From the NCBI GenBank assembly GCA_963674755.2, contig CAXXVS010000001.1, positions 896,001 to 960,000 on the forward strand: 64,000 nucleotides of DNA, written 5' to 3'. The stretch comes from Desulfobacterales bacterium. GTDB taxonomy: Bacteria > Desulfobacterota > Desulfobacteria > Desulfobacterales > UBA5852. The notes beneath the pieces were generated by a model. It was not told where the DNA came from, did not search any database, and was given only the letters and a program-made list of their open reading frames with translations. The translations under genes were made by a program, and so were the position numbers. Positions 20,398 through 30,076 of the stretch are shown here, one piece after another (within the stretch, counting starts at the first letter, position 1; every line of letters starts with the position of its first letter).

Positions 20398-21375
20398 ATG
20401 TCACGTCCACTTCGCATTCAATATCCCAATGCTTGGTATCACGTAATGAACCGTGGCAGGCGCAGGGAGTCCGTATTTGAGTCTAAAGATGACTTTCAAC
20501 TATTTTTAGATATCCTGCATGAAACCATTGAGCTGTTTTCTCTTCGCATCAGTGCCTATTGCCTGATGACCAACCATTATCACCTATTGGTTCAAACCCC
20601 GGATAGCAATTTGTCTCGTTGTATGCGTCATATCAACGGCGTTTATACCCAGCGATTTAATGCCGCCCATGGTTTGGATGGTCAGCTGTTTCGCGGTCGC
20701 TATAAGGCGATATTGGTGGGTGAAGACAGTTATTTGTTGCAACTGGTTCGGTATATCCATAAGAATCCCGTGCGAGCCGACATGGTGAAGAGTGCCGAAC
20801 TATACGAATGGTCGAGTCACAAAGGCTATTTGTCCAAGGCAAATAAGTGGGACTGGTTGCATAAGCAAATGATCCTGTCGATGATCACCAAAGATCAAAA
20901 ACAGCAGCTAAAAGGGTATCGCGCCTTTATGGTCGAAAACGAAAGCGAATCGTTTTTAGAAAAAATGAATTTAAAGAAATTACCGTCCGTACTCGGAGAA
21001 CAGGCTTTTGTTAGGATGATCAAGGATAAATTCTTCGAGCGCAAGCGGCATATCGAAGTGCCGGAGTCCAAACGCCTGGCCCCGAGCACCGATCGAATTA
21101 TAAATGCCGTATGTGTGAACTATGGTATGGACGAGGCGCAACTGTTGCTCGCCAAACGCGGTACGATAAATGAAGCCAGAAGCTTGGCGATTTATTTATT
21201 CCGGTATATGAGGGGGGCGTCGCTGAATGATATCGGCAAGACTTTCGATATCAGCAGTTACAGCACGGTCAGCAGTATCATTGAAAGATTTAAAGCCCGC
21301 ATGCATTCCGATCGAAAGTTATCACGCAAGGTCGAAATGTTAAGGGAATCTCTAATGCGTCAAGGGCAGACTTGA
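20398..21375 (+). CDS. REP-associated tyrosine transposase-like protein (Y1 HUH domain plus C-terminal DnaA_C-like HTH)
   Basis: YHVMNRG, YCLMTNHYHLL (HUH), YIHKNPVRA, YEWSS; C-terminal EARSLAIYL...SLNDIGKTF...YSTVS; visibly AT-richer than flanks. Confidence 0.92.
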   Translation: MSRPLRIQYPNAWYHVMNRGRRRESVFESKDDFQLFLDILHETIELFSLRISAYCLMTNHYHLLVQTPDSNLSRCMRHINGVYTQRFNAAHGLDGQLFRGRYKAILVGEDSYLLQLVRYIHKNPVRADMVKSAELYEWSSHKGYLSKANKWDWLHKQMILSMITKDQKQQLKGYRAFMVENESESFLEKMNLKKLPSVLGEQAFVRMIKDKFFERKRHIEVPESKRLAPSTDRIINAVCVNYGMDEAQLLLAKRGTINEARSLAIYLFRYMRGASLNDIGKTFDISSYSTVSSIIERFKARMHSDRKLSRKVEMLRESLMRQGQT

Positions 21376-21434
21376 CCCCTTACGCTTGACCCCTTACGCT
21401 GACCCCTTACGCTGACCCCGTACGCCCCGTACGC
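21373..21434 (+). repeat. tandem 13-bp repeats extending the right TIR
   Basis: TGACCCCTTACGC x3, TGACCCCGTACGC, then truncated CCCGTACGC. Confidence 0.9.
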
Positions 21435-21565
21435 CCGCCGCCATGGACGGCCGGTGTCCCCCCAAAAAAATACATGATTACCCGCCTTGACTTTGTATAA
21501 GAATCCGTTCTAAGGCCTGATCACTGTGCATAACCTTCTGTCTTTATTCAGATCCACACGATTCC

Positions 21566-23989
21566 ATGACAACACTTGAGATGCCCACAGGAAAACCTTC
21601 TATGGATCAACCCCCGCAGGTTGGGCTTCCAGGGCGCATCCTGGTGATCGGCGACGATGCCAATGAGCGGCGGGCGCTGGAAGCGATTTTAAGCGGTGGC
21701 GGATTCGAAGTCATCCGTTCGATTGATGGATTGCGGGTTCCGAAGCACGTGTCCCAAAGCACACCCGATGCCGTTTTGCTCGCCTTCCGTCAATTCGATG
21801 GGGAAGCGCGCGACCTCTGCCGGCATTTTAAAACGGACCCCCGTACAAGCGCCATTCCGCTGATCGGCATCTGCGACCGGCAGGATCCTGACGCCCGGGT
21901 TCAAGGGCTTGCGGCCGGCTGTATCGATAGCATTACCAGGCCCTATCCAGACCAGGAGGTGCTCCAGCGGGTGCGGACCTATGTCAGGCTCTTCCGTCTT
22001 GAGCGGCATCTGGCCGAACCGGGCACCCCGGACGCCGCATGCCATGATGGCGTCGATATCGGAGATCGCCTGCGATTCGAGCAGCTGATCGCGAACATGT
22101 CTGCCCGGTTCATCAACATGCCCCCCGAACGCCTCGACACTGAAATCGAGAACGCTCTGCACATGCTGCTGGAGTTTTTCCAGGTCGACCGGTGCGGTTT
22201 GCTCCATACCATGCCGGACCATAAGGCATGGAAAATCACCCATGCGGCCTATTCGGAACACGCCACCCCGGTGCCCCGGGGCACCCAACTTCCCCGGTCG
22301 ATCAACCCCTGGGCCTTCGATCGACTTACGAAAGAGGGCCAGGTGGTAGCCTATACCAGGATGGACGACATTCCGGAGGCGTCCGATGCGGACAAGCAAA
22401 CCTGGAAGGACTGGGGAATACGCTCCAACCTCACCATGCCGATCCTCAAGCGCGAGTCCATCGTCCACCTTATTTCCATCAATGCCTTACAGAAAGAACG
22501 GGTCTGGCCGGAGGTATTCTTCCCCCGGCTGCAGTTGTTCGGCGAAATTCTCGTCAACGCGCTGGAGCGGCGGGAAATCGAGCAGGCCCTGCGCGAAAGC
22601 GATGAGCGGCTGGATATGGCCGCCTCTTCGGCCGAGGCCGGCGTGTGGTCCCTGGATGTGGACGCGGACCGATTCTGGGTTACCGACAAGCTGCGCCATA
22701 TCTTCCAATTCGCCCCGGACGAGGAGCTTAGCTTCGGACGTTTTCTGGAAGCGGTCCATCCGGACGACCGGGAAATGGCCGAGGCGACTTTGGTCCATTG
22801 CCGCGAGATACGCGATCTGGTCCGTTTGGAATACCGCATCGTGCTGCCCGACGGCAGACTTCGCTGGGTGGTTTCCAGAGGGCGGTCCTTTCCCCGGACG
22901 CCTACCCAACCGGAGCGCGTCATGGGGGTTACCATGGACATCACCCCGCGCAAGACCATGGAGGCGCGGATCCAGGCCCAACTGGAAGAGATTCAGCGGC
23001 TGAAGCAACAACTGGAGCAGGAAAACGTCTACCTGCGCGACGAAATCAAGCTTCGCCAGGGCCACGAAGGGATCATCGCCCACAGCCGGGCCATGAAACA
23101 TATTCTGGCCCAGGTGGAACAGGTGGCCGCCACCGACGCCACCGTTTTTATTTCGGGGGAGACCGGCACCGGCAAGGAGCTTTTGGCCCGGAGAATCCAC
23201 AGCCTCAGCCGCCGCAAGGACCGGATGCTGGTTACCATCAACTGCGCCGTGCTGCCCCCCACGCTGATCGAAAGCGAGCTTTTTGGCCGGGAGAAAGGCG
23301 CCTACACCGGGGCGCTCACCCGCATGGCGGGCCGTTTCGAGGTGGCGGACCGCTCCACGCTGTTCCTGGACGAGATCGGCGAGCTGCCCCTCGACCTGCA
23401 GGCCAAACTGCTGCGCGTGCTGGAAGAGGGACGCTTCGAGCGGCTGGGCTCCACCAAATCCAAGAAAGTCGATGTCCGCATCATTGCGGCCACCAATCGC
23501 GACCTTCCCCAGGAAGTGGCAGCGGGCCGCTTCCGCAGCGATCTCTTTTACCGCCTGAACGTTTTCCCCATTTCCATTCCGCCGCTCCGGGAACGTTTGG
23601 AGGATATCCCCCCGCTGGTATGGATGTTCGTCAGACAGAACGAGATGAAATTGGGCAACCGGATCGATCGCATCCCCCGCAAGCACATGGAAGCCCTCAA
23701 GCGCTACGGCTGGCCGGGCAATGCCCGGGAATTGCGCAATATCGTCGAACACGCCATGATCATCAGCCGCGGCGGGATCCTGGAGGTCCATCCGCCCGAT
23801 AACCCAACCCAAACCGCACCTTCCACGGGAACCCTGGAGGAAGTCGACCGCCGGCATATCCTGAGCGTACTGGCCAGGACCGGCTGGCGCGTCACCGGTA
23901 AAAACGGGGCCGCCGAAATCCTGGGACTGAAGCGCACCACCCTGCAGGCCAAAATGAAGAAGCTGGGGATCAAACGCCCTTCCGAATGA
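21566..23989 (+). CDS. sigma54-dependent activator (pseudo-REC, GAF, PAS, AAA+, Fis HTH; FhlA-like)
   Basis: [45 protein letters not shown] and C-terminal HTH. Confidence 0.93.
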   Translation: MTTLEMPTGKPSMDQPPQVGLPGRILVIGDDANERRALEAILSGGGFEVIRSIDGLRVPKHVSQSTPDAVLLAFRQFDGEARDLCRHFKTDPRTSAIPLIGICDRQDPDARVQGLAAGCIDSITRPYPDQEVLQRVRTYVRLFRLERHLAEPGTPDAACHDGVDIGDRLRFEQLIANMSARFINMPPERLDTEIENALHMLLEFFQVDRCGLLHTMPDHKAWKITHAAYSEHATPVPRGTQLPRSINPWAFDRLTKEGQVVAYTRMDDIPEASDADKQTWKDWGIRSNLTMPILKRESIVHLISINALQKERVWPEVFFPRLQLFGEILVNALERREIEQALRESDERLDMAASSAEAGVWSLDVDADRFWVTDKLRHIFQFAPDEELSFGRFLEAVHPDDREMAEATLVHCREIRDLVRLEYRIVLPDGRLRWVVSRGRSFPRTPTQPERVMGVTMDITPRKTMEARIQAQLEEIQRLKQQLEQENVYLRDEIKLRQGHEGIIAHSRAMKHILAQVEQVAATDATVFISGETGTGKELLARRIHSLSRRKDRMLVTINCAVLPPTLIESELFGREKGAYTGALTRMAGRFEVADRSTLFLDEIGELPLDLQAKLLRVLEEGRFERLGSTKSKKVDVRIIAATNRDLPQEVAAGRFRSDLFYRLNVFPISIPPLRERLEDIPPLVWMFVRQNEMKLGNRIDRIPRKHMEALKRYGWPGNARELRNIVEHAMIISRGGILEVHPPDNPTQTAPSTGTLEEVDRRHILSVLARTGWRVTGKNGAAEILGLKRTTLQAKMKKLGIKRPSE

Positions 23990-24007
23990 TGCCTATATAG
24001 TGTCTTA

Positions 24008-24137
24008 ATGCCCAAATATGGGCATACGACAGGTGCTCCAATCTCTCCATAATATACTGTTCTGACAATATTTTATAATTATTTAGGTCAGACGCATCTT
24101 TTTTCGATACATTGTTGGTTCGGGCATGGTTTTCGCT
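24008..24137 (+). promoter_or_regulatory. candidate sigma54 promoter with upstream palindromic activator site
   Basis: GG-N10-GC (GGCATGGTTTTCGCT, 24123-24137); palindrome ATGCCCA-AATA-TGGGCAT at 24008-24025; AT-rich spacer between them. Confidence 0.6.
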
Positions 24138-24196
24138 TTTTGCTATGCCATCCTTTCGCGGCATTTCACGAACCAACATCACATACGGGGCACCTT

Positions 24197-24613
24197 ATGA
24201 CAGAAACCAGCCGGGTATCTCCCGCCGGTGACGGCCACCCCAACATTTCAGGTCGCGTTCGTGTATCCATTCGCATGCACATCCCAGCCGGGAAGCGCAA
24301 GGAGGCGCACAGCATCATCGCCTCCATGATCGGACGGATCAGACTCGAAGAGGGATGCCTGAGTTGCCGGCTCTACCAGGATGTCATCGATGGCAAGATG
24401 CTTTTGTATGAGGAAATCTGGGCCGACGAAAACGACTTTCAAAAGCACTTGCGGTCCGATGAATTCCGCAATGTGCTCCTGGCGGTGGAGATGGCGAGCA
24501 AGGCGCCCGAAATTCAATTCGACCGTATAGACCGGTCGGCGGGAATCGGGACCATCGAGGAAGGGCGCAAAGGAACGGCCGGTCCGCCTGATGTAGATGG
24601 ACTGCCGGTTTAA
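24197..24613 (+). CDS. antibiotic biosynthesis monooxygenase (ABM)-domain protein
   Basis: EEGCLSCRLYQD...YEEIW...HLRS pattern; start at ATG 24197. Confidence 0.8.
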   Translation: MTETSRVSPAGDGHPNISGRVRVSIRMHIPAGKRKEAHSIIASMIGRIRLEEGCLSCRLYQDVIDGKMLLYEEIWADENDFQKHLRSDEFRNVLLAVEMASKAPEIQFDRIDRSAGIGTIEEGRKGTAGPPDVDGLPV

Positions 24614-24666
24614 GAAAAGGAGGTCTTTCGAATGCCAACGGTTTTATTCGCAGGAGGGGGCGCGCC

Positions 24667-25419
24667 ATGAAGCGAGGTTTCAGTATGGGGCTCTGGGCGG
24701 TTTTAATCGCCGCCCTGGCGGCGGGCTGCGCGCCCACCCAGGTGCAGACGGTCCAAATGGATGCCGACCGGTTGCCCAAGCCGGATCTCATCCTGGTTTA
24801 TAATTTTGCCGTGACCCCTGAGGAGGTTTTGCTCGACAAGGGACTCAGCGCAGAGCTCAAGCAGCAGTACGAGCAGCACAAGGGCGAAACCCTTTCGGCC
24901 CAGGAAATCAAGACCGGCCATGCGGTGGCGGATGTGGTGGCGCGGGAACTGGTCAAAAATATCATTGCCATGAATTTGTGGGCCCAGCGGGGGTTTGCGC
25001 CGCCCCACGGCAAACGGCAGATCATGGCGGTCAAGGGGCAGCTCCTGAGCATCGATGAAGGCAACCGCACCGCAAGGGTCGTCATCGGACTGGGGACCGG
25101 ACGGACCGAGGTCCAGGCCAATGTGCAGCTCTACGAGGCAACCCCCGAGGGTCTGAAGGAGATCGAGGCGCTGCACGGCAATGCCAAGAGCAGCGACACG
25201 CCTGGTATGGCGGAATTGGTGGGGGTCGGCGCTATCCTCGGCCGTGTGGTCGGTCTTTCGGCCATCAGTGGGACGCTGTCCGCCGGATCGGAATTGACGG
25301 TGAACACGGTCGAGAGCGACGGCCGGCGGCTGGCCGACAAAATTGCCCGGGATCTCGGCCAATACTTCGTCGAACAAGGTTGGATCCCGCCTGAAGCCGT
25401 CAAAAAGTCATTTTTATAG
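24667..25419 (+). CDS. DUF4410-like lipoprotein
   Basis: Lipobox AAGC, VYNFAV and IDEGNRTARVVIGLGTG; paralog of 32810-33520. Confidence 0.75.
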   Translation: MKRGFSMGLWAVLIAALAAGCAPTQVQTVQMDADRLPKPDLILVYNFAVTPEEVLLDKGLSAELKQQYEQHKGETLSAQEIKTGHAVADVVARELVKNIIAMNLWAQRGFAPPHGKRQIMAVKGQLLSIDEGNRTARVVIGLGTGRTEVQANVQLYEATPEGLKEIEALHGNAKSSDTPGMAELVGVGAILGRVVGLSAISGTLSAGSELTVNTVESDGRRLADKIARDLGQYFVEQGWIPPEAVKKSFL

Positions 25420-25446
25420 TCCTGTTGTAAAATTAGGGGAGCACGC

Positions 25447-26283
25447 ATGAAAAATTACCGCGTAATTCACGTTCTTGGATTGATTCTGGCCATTTTGCTT
25501 TTATTCGGGTGCGCCGAAATGCAGCGCACGTCCGCAAAGGCCAGCGCGCCAGCCTCGACGCTGGACCGTGTTCTTCTGGTGGGCGAATTGCGGGTGGGCA
25601 TGTCCGGGGACATGCCGCCCATGAACATGACCACCAAGGAAGACAAGCTCATCGGGTTGGATGCCGACCTGGCCGCCGTTATGGCCAATGCCATGGGTGT
25701 TCGGCTGAAATTGGAGAAAATCCCGTTCGATGAACTTTTGCCGGCGCTGGAAGTGGGCCGCATCGACATGATCATCTCGAACATGACCATCACACCGGAG
25801 CGCAACCTGAAGGCGGATTTCGTAGGGCCCTATTTCGTTTCCGGCAAGGGGCTACTCACCAAACGCGCGACCCTGGCCAAGGCAGAAAAGATGGAGGATC
25901 TGAACAGCCCGGAATTCACCTTCGTGGTCCTGAAAGGCACCACCAGCGAGCTGGTGGCCCGCAAGGGCGCCCCCAAGGCCGGTCTTTTGACGGCCTACAG
26001 CGAGGATGAGGCCGTGCAGATGGTGCTCAACGGCGATGCCGACGCCATGATCGCAGACTTCCCCATTTGTGTGGTGGCGGCTTACCGCCATAAGGGGTCC
26101 GGCCTGGTGTCGGTGGTTGCCCCGATCACCTACGAACCCATCGGCATCGCCATCCCCAAGGGCGACCCGCACCTGGTCAACTGGTTAGAAAACGTCCTGG
26201 ACGGCCTGCGCAAGGCCGGCGTCATGGAGGAACTGAAGGTGAAATGGTTCGCCGCGCCGACCTGGGTCGATCAGTTAAAATAA
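25447..26283 (+). CDS. amino-acid-type ABC substrate-binding lipoprotein (family 3), no cognate permease nearby
   Basis: LFGC lipobox, LRVGMSGDMPP, IGLDADLA, MTITPERN and EPIGIAIPKGD motifs. Confidence 0.88.
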   Translation: MKNYRVIHVLGLILAILLLFGCAEMQRTSAKASAPASTLDRVLLVGELRVGMSGDMPPMNMTTKEDKLIGLDADLAAVMANAMGVRLKLEKIPFDELLPALEVGRIDMIISNMTITPERNLKADFVGPYFVSGKGLLTKRATLAKAEKMEDLNSPEFTFVVLKGTTSELVARKGAPKAGLLTAYSEDEAVQMVLNGDADAMIADFPICVVAAYRHKGSGLVSVVAPITYEPIGIAIPKGDPHLVNWLENVLDGLRKAGVMEELKVKWFAAPTWVDQLK

Positions 26284-26329
26284 GCAAAAAAATAAATGGA
26301 ATCAAAGGCCTAAGAGAAAGGAGTATGAC

Positions 26330-28915
26330 ATGAACCCTAAACATCGATTTGGATTCATGGCCGTCATGGTCATCCTGATGCTGGCGGCTTGCACGGCCAT
26401 GCCGGCCAAAAGCCCCGAGGTGACCGGCAAGTTGGGCTCGCCCGACGCCACTACCACCATCAGCGGCAAGCAGTTGCCGCCACCCGCCCCCGAATTCGGC
26501 GGCGTAATCAAGGACAACGCGATGCAGTCCACCGCCTGGTGGCCGCCGCGCGTCGTGCCGCCCAAGGGGGCGCCCAATGTCCTGCTCATCATGACCGACG
26601 ACGCCGGCTTCGGCGTGCCGAGCACCTTCGGCGGGGTGATCCCCACGCCCACCATGGACCGCATTGCGAAGGAAGGCCTGCGTTACAACCGCATGTTCTC
26701 CACCTCGCTATGCTCGCCCACGCGCGCCGCGCAAATCACCGGGCGCAACCACCACTCGGTGGGCTTCGGCGTGATCGCCGAGCAGGCCACTGGTTTCCCG
26801 GGCTACGACAGCGTCATCGGCGTGGACAACGCCACCATCGGCCGCATCCTGCTGGACAACGGCTATTCCACCTCGTGGTTCGGCAAGGACCACAACACGC
26901 CGACCTACCAGGCCAGCCAGGCCGGCCCCTTCGACCAGTGGCCCACCGGCATGGGCTTCGAGTACTTCTACGGGTTCGTGGGCGGCGATGCCAACCAGTG
27001 GGGGCCGAACCTGTTCCGCAACACGACCCAGATCTACCCCTGGCTCGGCCATGAGGGCACCTTGAAGATGGATCGCTCGAATCCCAAGGCGGAGATCTGG
27101 CCGGTCACCGGCAAGGAGCCCACCTGGAACCTGATTACCGCCATGGCCGACGACGCCATCGACTGGATGTACCGCATCCACCAGACCGACCCCAGCAAGC
27201 CGATCTTCATGTATTACGTGCCCGGCGCCTCCCATGCGCCGCATCACCCCACCAAGGAGTGGGTGGACAAGATCCACGCCATGCACCTCTTCGACGACGG
27301 CTATGAGAAGCTGCGCGAGACCATCTTCGAAAACCAGAAAAAGCTCGGGGTCATCCCCCAGGGGCTCGAGCTGACCCCCTGGCCGGATAAGATCCTGACG
27401 CCCTGGGACAAGCTCAGCCCCGAAGCGAAAAAGCTTTTCATCCGTCAGGTGGAGGTCTTCGCCGCCTATGTGGCCTATAACGATCATGAGATCGGCCGGG
27501 TGATCCAGGCCTTCGAGGACCTGGGCAAGCTCGACAACACCCTGGTCATTTACCAGAACGGCGACAACGGCACCAGCGCCGAGGGCGGACCCATGGGCAC
27601 CTTCAGCGAGGTGGCGTTCTTCAACGGCGTGGCGCCGCCGGTGGACGTGCAGATGAAGTTCTACGATGCCTGGGGCACCGAATATGCCTACAATCACATG
27701 TCGGCCGGCTGGTCCTGGGCCTTCGACACGCCCTTCGACTGGTTCAAACAGAACGCCTCCCGGCTGGGCGGCACCAACCAGAACATGGTGGTGTCGTGGC
27801 CGAAGGTCATCAAGGACAAGGGTGGCCTGCGGGAGCAGTTCGTGCATGTGATCGATATTGTGCCGACGCTGCTTGAGGTTACCGGCATCGGTGCGCCCGA
27901 ATACGTGGACGGGATCAAGCAGAAGCCCATCGAGGGCACGAGCTTCGCCTACACCTTCGACGCGAAAAATGCCAAGGCCCCGTCCCACCACAAGACCCAG
28001 TACTTCGAGATGATGGGTCAGTATGCGCTCTATCACGACGGCTGGATCATGAGCACCAAGGTCAACCGGGCCCCTTGGCAGGCCTTCGAGGCGGCCAACC
28101 CGGACCCGCTGAACAACCAGATCTTCCAGCTCTACAACCTGGAGGAGAGCTGGAACCAGGCCAACGACGTCGCCGCCCAACATCCTGACAAGGTGAAGGA
28201 AATGCGGGCCATGTTCCTCGAGGAAGCCAAGAAGTATCAGGTTCTCCCGTTGAACGCCTCGGTGGGCGCCCGGGTCGCGGCCCAGCGGCCGAGCGTTCTG
28301 GCCGGCCGCAACACGCTCGTCTATACGCGGCCCATGACCGGTGTCCCCCAGGGCGATGCGCCCTACCTGCTCAATACCTCCTATACCATCACGGCGGACA
28401 TCACGGTACCCAAAGGGGGTGCCGAGGGCATGATCGTGACCTCGGGTGGACGTTTCGCGGGCTGGGGCTTCTATCTCAAGGATGGCAAACCCGTGTTCTG
28501 CTGGAACCTGCTCGATCTCGAACGCATACGTTGGGAAGGCCCGCAGGCGCTGGCCCCCGGCCGGCACATTGTGGAGTTCGACTTCAAGTATGAAGGTTCC
28601 GGGGACGGAACGATGGCTTACAACAGCTTTTCCGGCATCGGCCGCAGCGGCGTCGGCACGCTCAAAGTGGACGGCAAGGTGGTGCAAACCAGGAAGATGG
28701 AGAAAACCATCCCCATCATTCTGCAGTGGGACGAGGCCTTCGACATCGGCTCCGACACCATCACCGGCATCAACGATGCCGACTACCTGCCGCCCTTCCC
28801 GCTCACGGCCCAGTTCAACAAGCTGACGATCACCATCGACCGTCCGCAGCTGTCGCCGGAAGAGATCAAGAAGCTCGAGGAGGGCATGAAGAAGATGGAA
28901 GCCGGCCGCGAGTAG
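26330..28915 (+). CDS. Cys-type arylsulfatase lipoprotein
   Basis: LAAC lipobox, PNVLLIMTDDAGFG, CSPTRA (CxPxR) motif, HAPHH, GDNG. Confidence 0.93.
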   Translation: MNPKHRFGFMAVMVILMLAACTAMPAKSPEVTGKLGSPDATTTISGKQLPPPAPEFGGVIKDNAMQSTAWWPPRVVPPKGAPNVLLIMTDDAGFGVPSTFGGVIPTPTMDRIAKEGLRYNRMFSTSLCSPTRAAQITGRNHHSVGFGVIAEQATGFPGYDSVIGVDNATIGRILLDNGYSTSWFGKDHNTPTYQASQAGPFDQWPTGMGFEYFYGFVGGDANQWGPNLFRNTTQIYPWLGHEGTLKMDRSNPKAEIWPVTGKEPTWNLITAMADDAIDWMYRIHQTDPSKPIFMYYVPGASHAPHHPTKEWVDKIHAMHLFDDGYEKLRETIFENQKKLGVIPQGLELTPWPDKILTPWDKLSPEAKKLFIRQVEVFAAYVAYNDHEIGRVIQAFEDLGKLDNTLVIYQNGDNGTSAEGGPMGTFSEVAFFNGVAPPVDVQMKFYDAWGTEYAYNHMSAGWSWAFDTPFDWFKQNASRLGGTNQNMVVSWPKVIKDKGGLREQFVHVIDIVPTLLEVTGIGAPEYVDGIKQKPIEGTSFAYTFDAKNAKAPSHHKTQYFEMMGQYALYHDGWIMSTKVNRAPWQAFEAANPDPLNNQIFQLYNLEESWNQANDVAAQHPDKVKEMRAMFLEEAKKYQVLPLNASVGARVAAQRPSVLAGRNTLVYTRPMTGVPQGDAPYLLNTSYTITADITVPKGGAEGMIVTSGGRFAGWGFYLKDGKPVFCWNLLDLERIRWEGPQALAPGRHIVEFDFKYEGSGDGTMAYNSFSGIGRSGVGTLKVDGKVVQTRKMEKTIPIILQWDEAFDIGSDTITGINDADYLPPFPLTAQFNKLTITIDRPQLSPEEIKKLEEGMKKMEAGRE

Positions 28916-28933
28916 GCGGTAATTCGTGAACCA

Positions 28934-28965
28934 CATGGGCCGCCCTTTGACGGGGGCGGCCCATG
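28934..28965 (+). terminator. GC-rich stem-loop after the sulfatase gene
   Basis: CATGGGCCGCCC / GGGCGGCCCATG arms; no T tract. Confidence 0.45.
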
Positions 28966-29049
28966 CCAGGACATCGGTTGGGGGGCGTTGCGGCCCCCAA
29001 CCTTGCAGCAGCAGTTGTATTCCTTCAACGGCAGTCAGGAATAATCCAA

Positions 29050-29976
29050 ATGAAGATAGACGGTTTTTTTATCACCGGTTTAGCGGCGGTCTTTTTTATC
29101 CTGTCGATGGCCCTGCCGCTCTTGGCCCAGCCGGTCAGCAATCCTCCCGCGGGTCCCCTGCCGCAGCTTGCGCCCGGGCAGAGCCTCGGCATCGCCCTGG
29201 GCATCCCCACCGTGCCCAATCTGCGTGACGTGGGGGGCTACAAGACCCGCGACGGCGCAACCGTCGTGCGGGGGCTCGCCTACCGCTCGGACACCTTCAA
29301 TCCGATGAGCCCCGGGGACATCAAGAAGCTCGCGCGCGTCGGTCTGAAGAACGACTACGATTTGCGCACCACGGCGGAAGTGAAGGCCAAGCCCGATGAG
29401 ATGCCGCCCGGGGTGGCCTACCACCTGCTGAACGTGCTGGCCGACGCCAAGTCCGCCGCGCCGGCGGAGCTCGAAGCGCTGCTGCACGAGCCGCAGAAGG
29501 CCAACAAGGCGCTTGGGGGCGGCAAGATCGAGGCCCTGTTCATGGAGGGCTACCGCGAATTCATTTCACTGCCGAGTGCGAAGCAGTCCTATCGCACACT
29601 CTTTCTGGACTTGGCCAATCCGCAGATGGCGCCGGGCGTGTTCCATTGCACCACCGGCAAGGACCGCACCGGCTGGGCCGCCGCCGCGCTGCTGACGCTG
29701 CTCGGCGTGCCCCATGAGACGGTCATGGCCGACTACATGCGCACCAACGATTACACGCTGCCGCAGTTCAAACCCGTGATCGACGACTTCGTGGCCGCCG
29801 GCGGCGACCGCGCCATTGCGGAGGCCATTTTCGGCGTCAAGCCCGAGTACCTGGAAGCGTCGTTCGAAGAGATGCGGGAGCAGTACGGAACGATCGAAGG
29901 CTATTTCGCGGATGGGCTGGGGATCGATGCCGCGCAGCAAAAGGCCCTGCGTAACCTTTACCTGAGCACCCAATAG
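29050..29976 (+). CDS. secreted tyrosine-protein-phosphatase-like enzyme (MptpB family)
   Basis: Signal peptide, NLRDVGGY, DLRT and HCTTGKDRTG active site. Confidence 0.88.
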   Translation: MKIDGFFITGLAAVFFILSMALPLLAQPVSNPPAGPLPQLAPGQSLGIALGIPTVPNLRDVGGYKTRDGATVVRGLAYRSDTFNPMSPGDIKKLARVGLKNDYDLRTTAEVKAKPDEMPPGVAYHLLNVLADAKSAAPAELEALLHEPQKANKALGGGKIEALFMEGYREFISLPSAKQSYRTLFLDLANPQMAPGVFHCTTGKDRTGWAAAALLTLLGVPHETVMADYMRTNDYTLPQFKPVIDDFVAAGGDRAIAEAIFGVKPEYLEASFEEMREQYGTIEGYFADGLGIDAAQQKALRNLYLSTQ

Positions 29977-30076
29977 GCTTAGCGCAGCGGCCTCGAAGCA
30001 GAGAGAACCGCGAAGCGCTTATGGCCGCCAGCCGAATAAGGGCTTATGCAAAAAACCATAAGATAAGGAATGGATT

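Larger units (their letters stand above)
20345..21381 (+). mobile_element. TIR-bounded HUH/Y1 (RAYT-like) transposase element
   Basis: Perfect 27-bp inverted repeats AAGGGGTCAAGTCTGCCCTTGACGCAT at 20345-20371 and 21355-21381 enclosing the transposase gene. Confidence 0.88.

Noticed and set aside
21373..21434. CRISPR array
   Set aside because: Units are 13 bp and contiguous with no spacers; no cas genes in the window.
26708..28936. 742-aa antisense ORF and other long shadow ORFs (e.g. 4480-5781, 22487-23857, 51038-52450)
   Set aside because: They overlap well-supported genes on the opposite strand and are expected from high GC3 codon bias.
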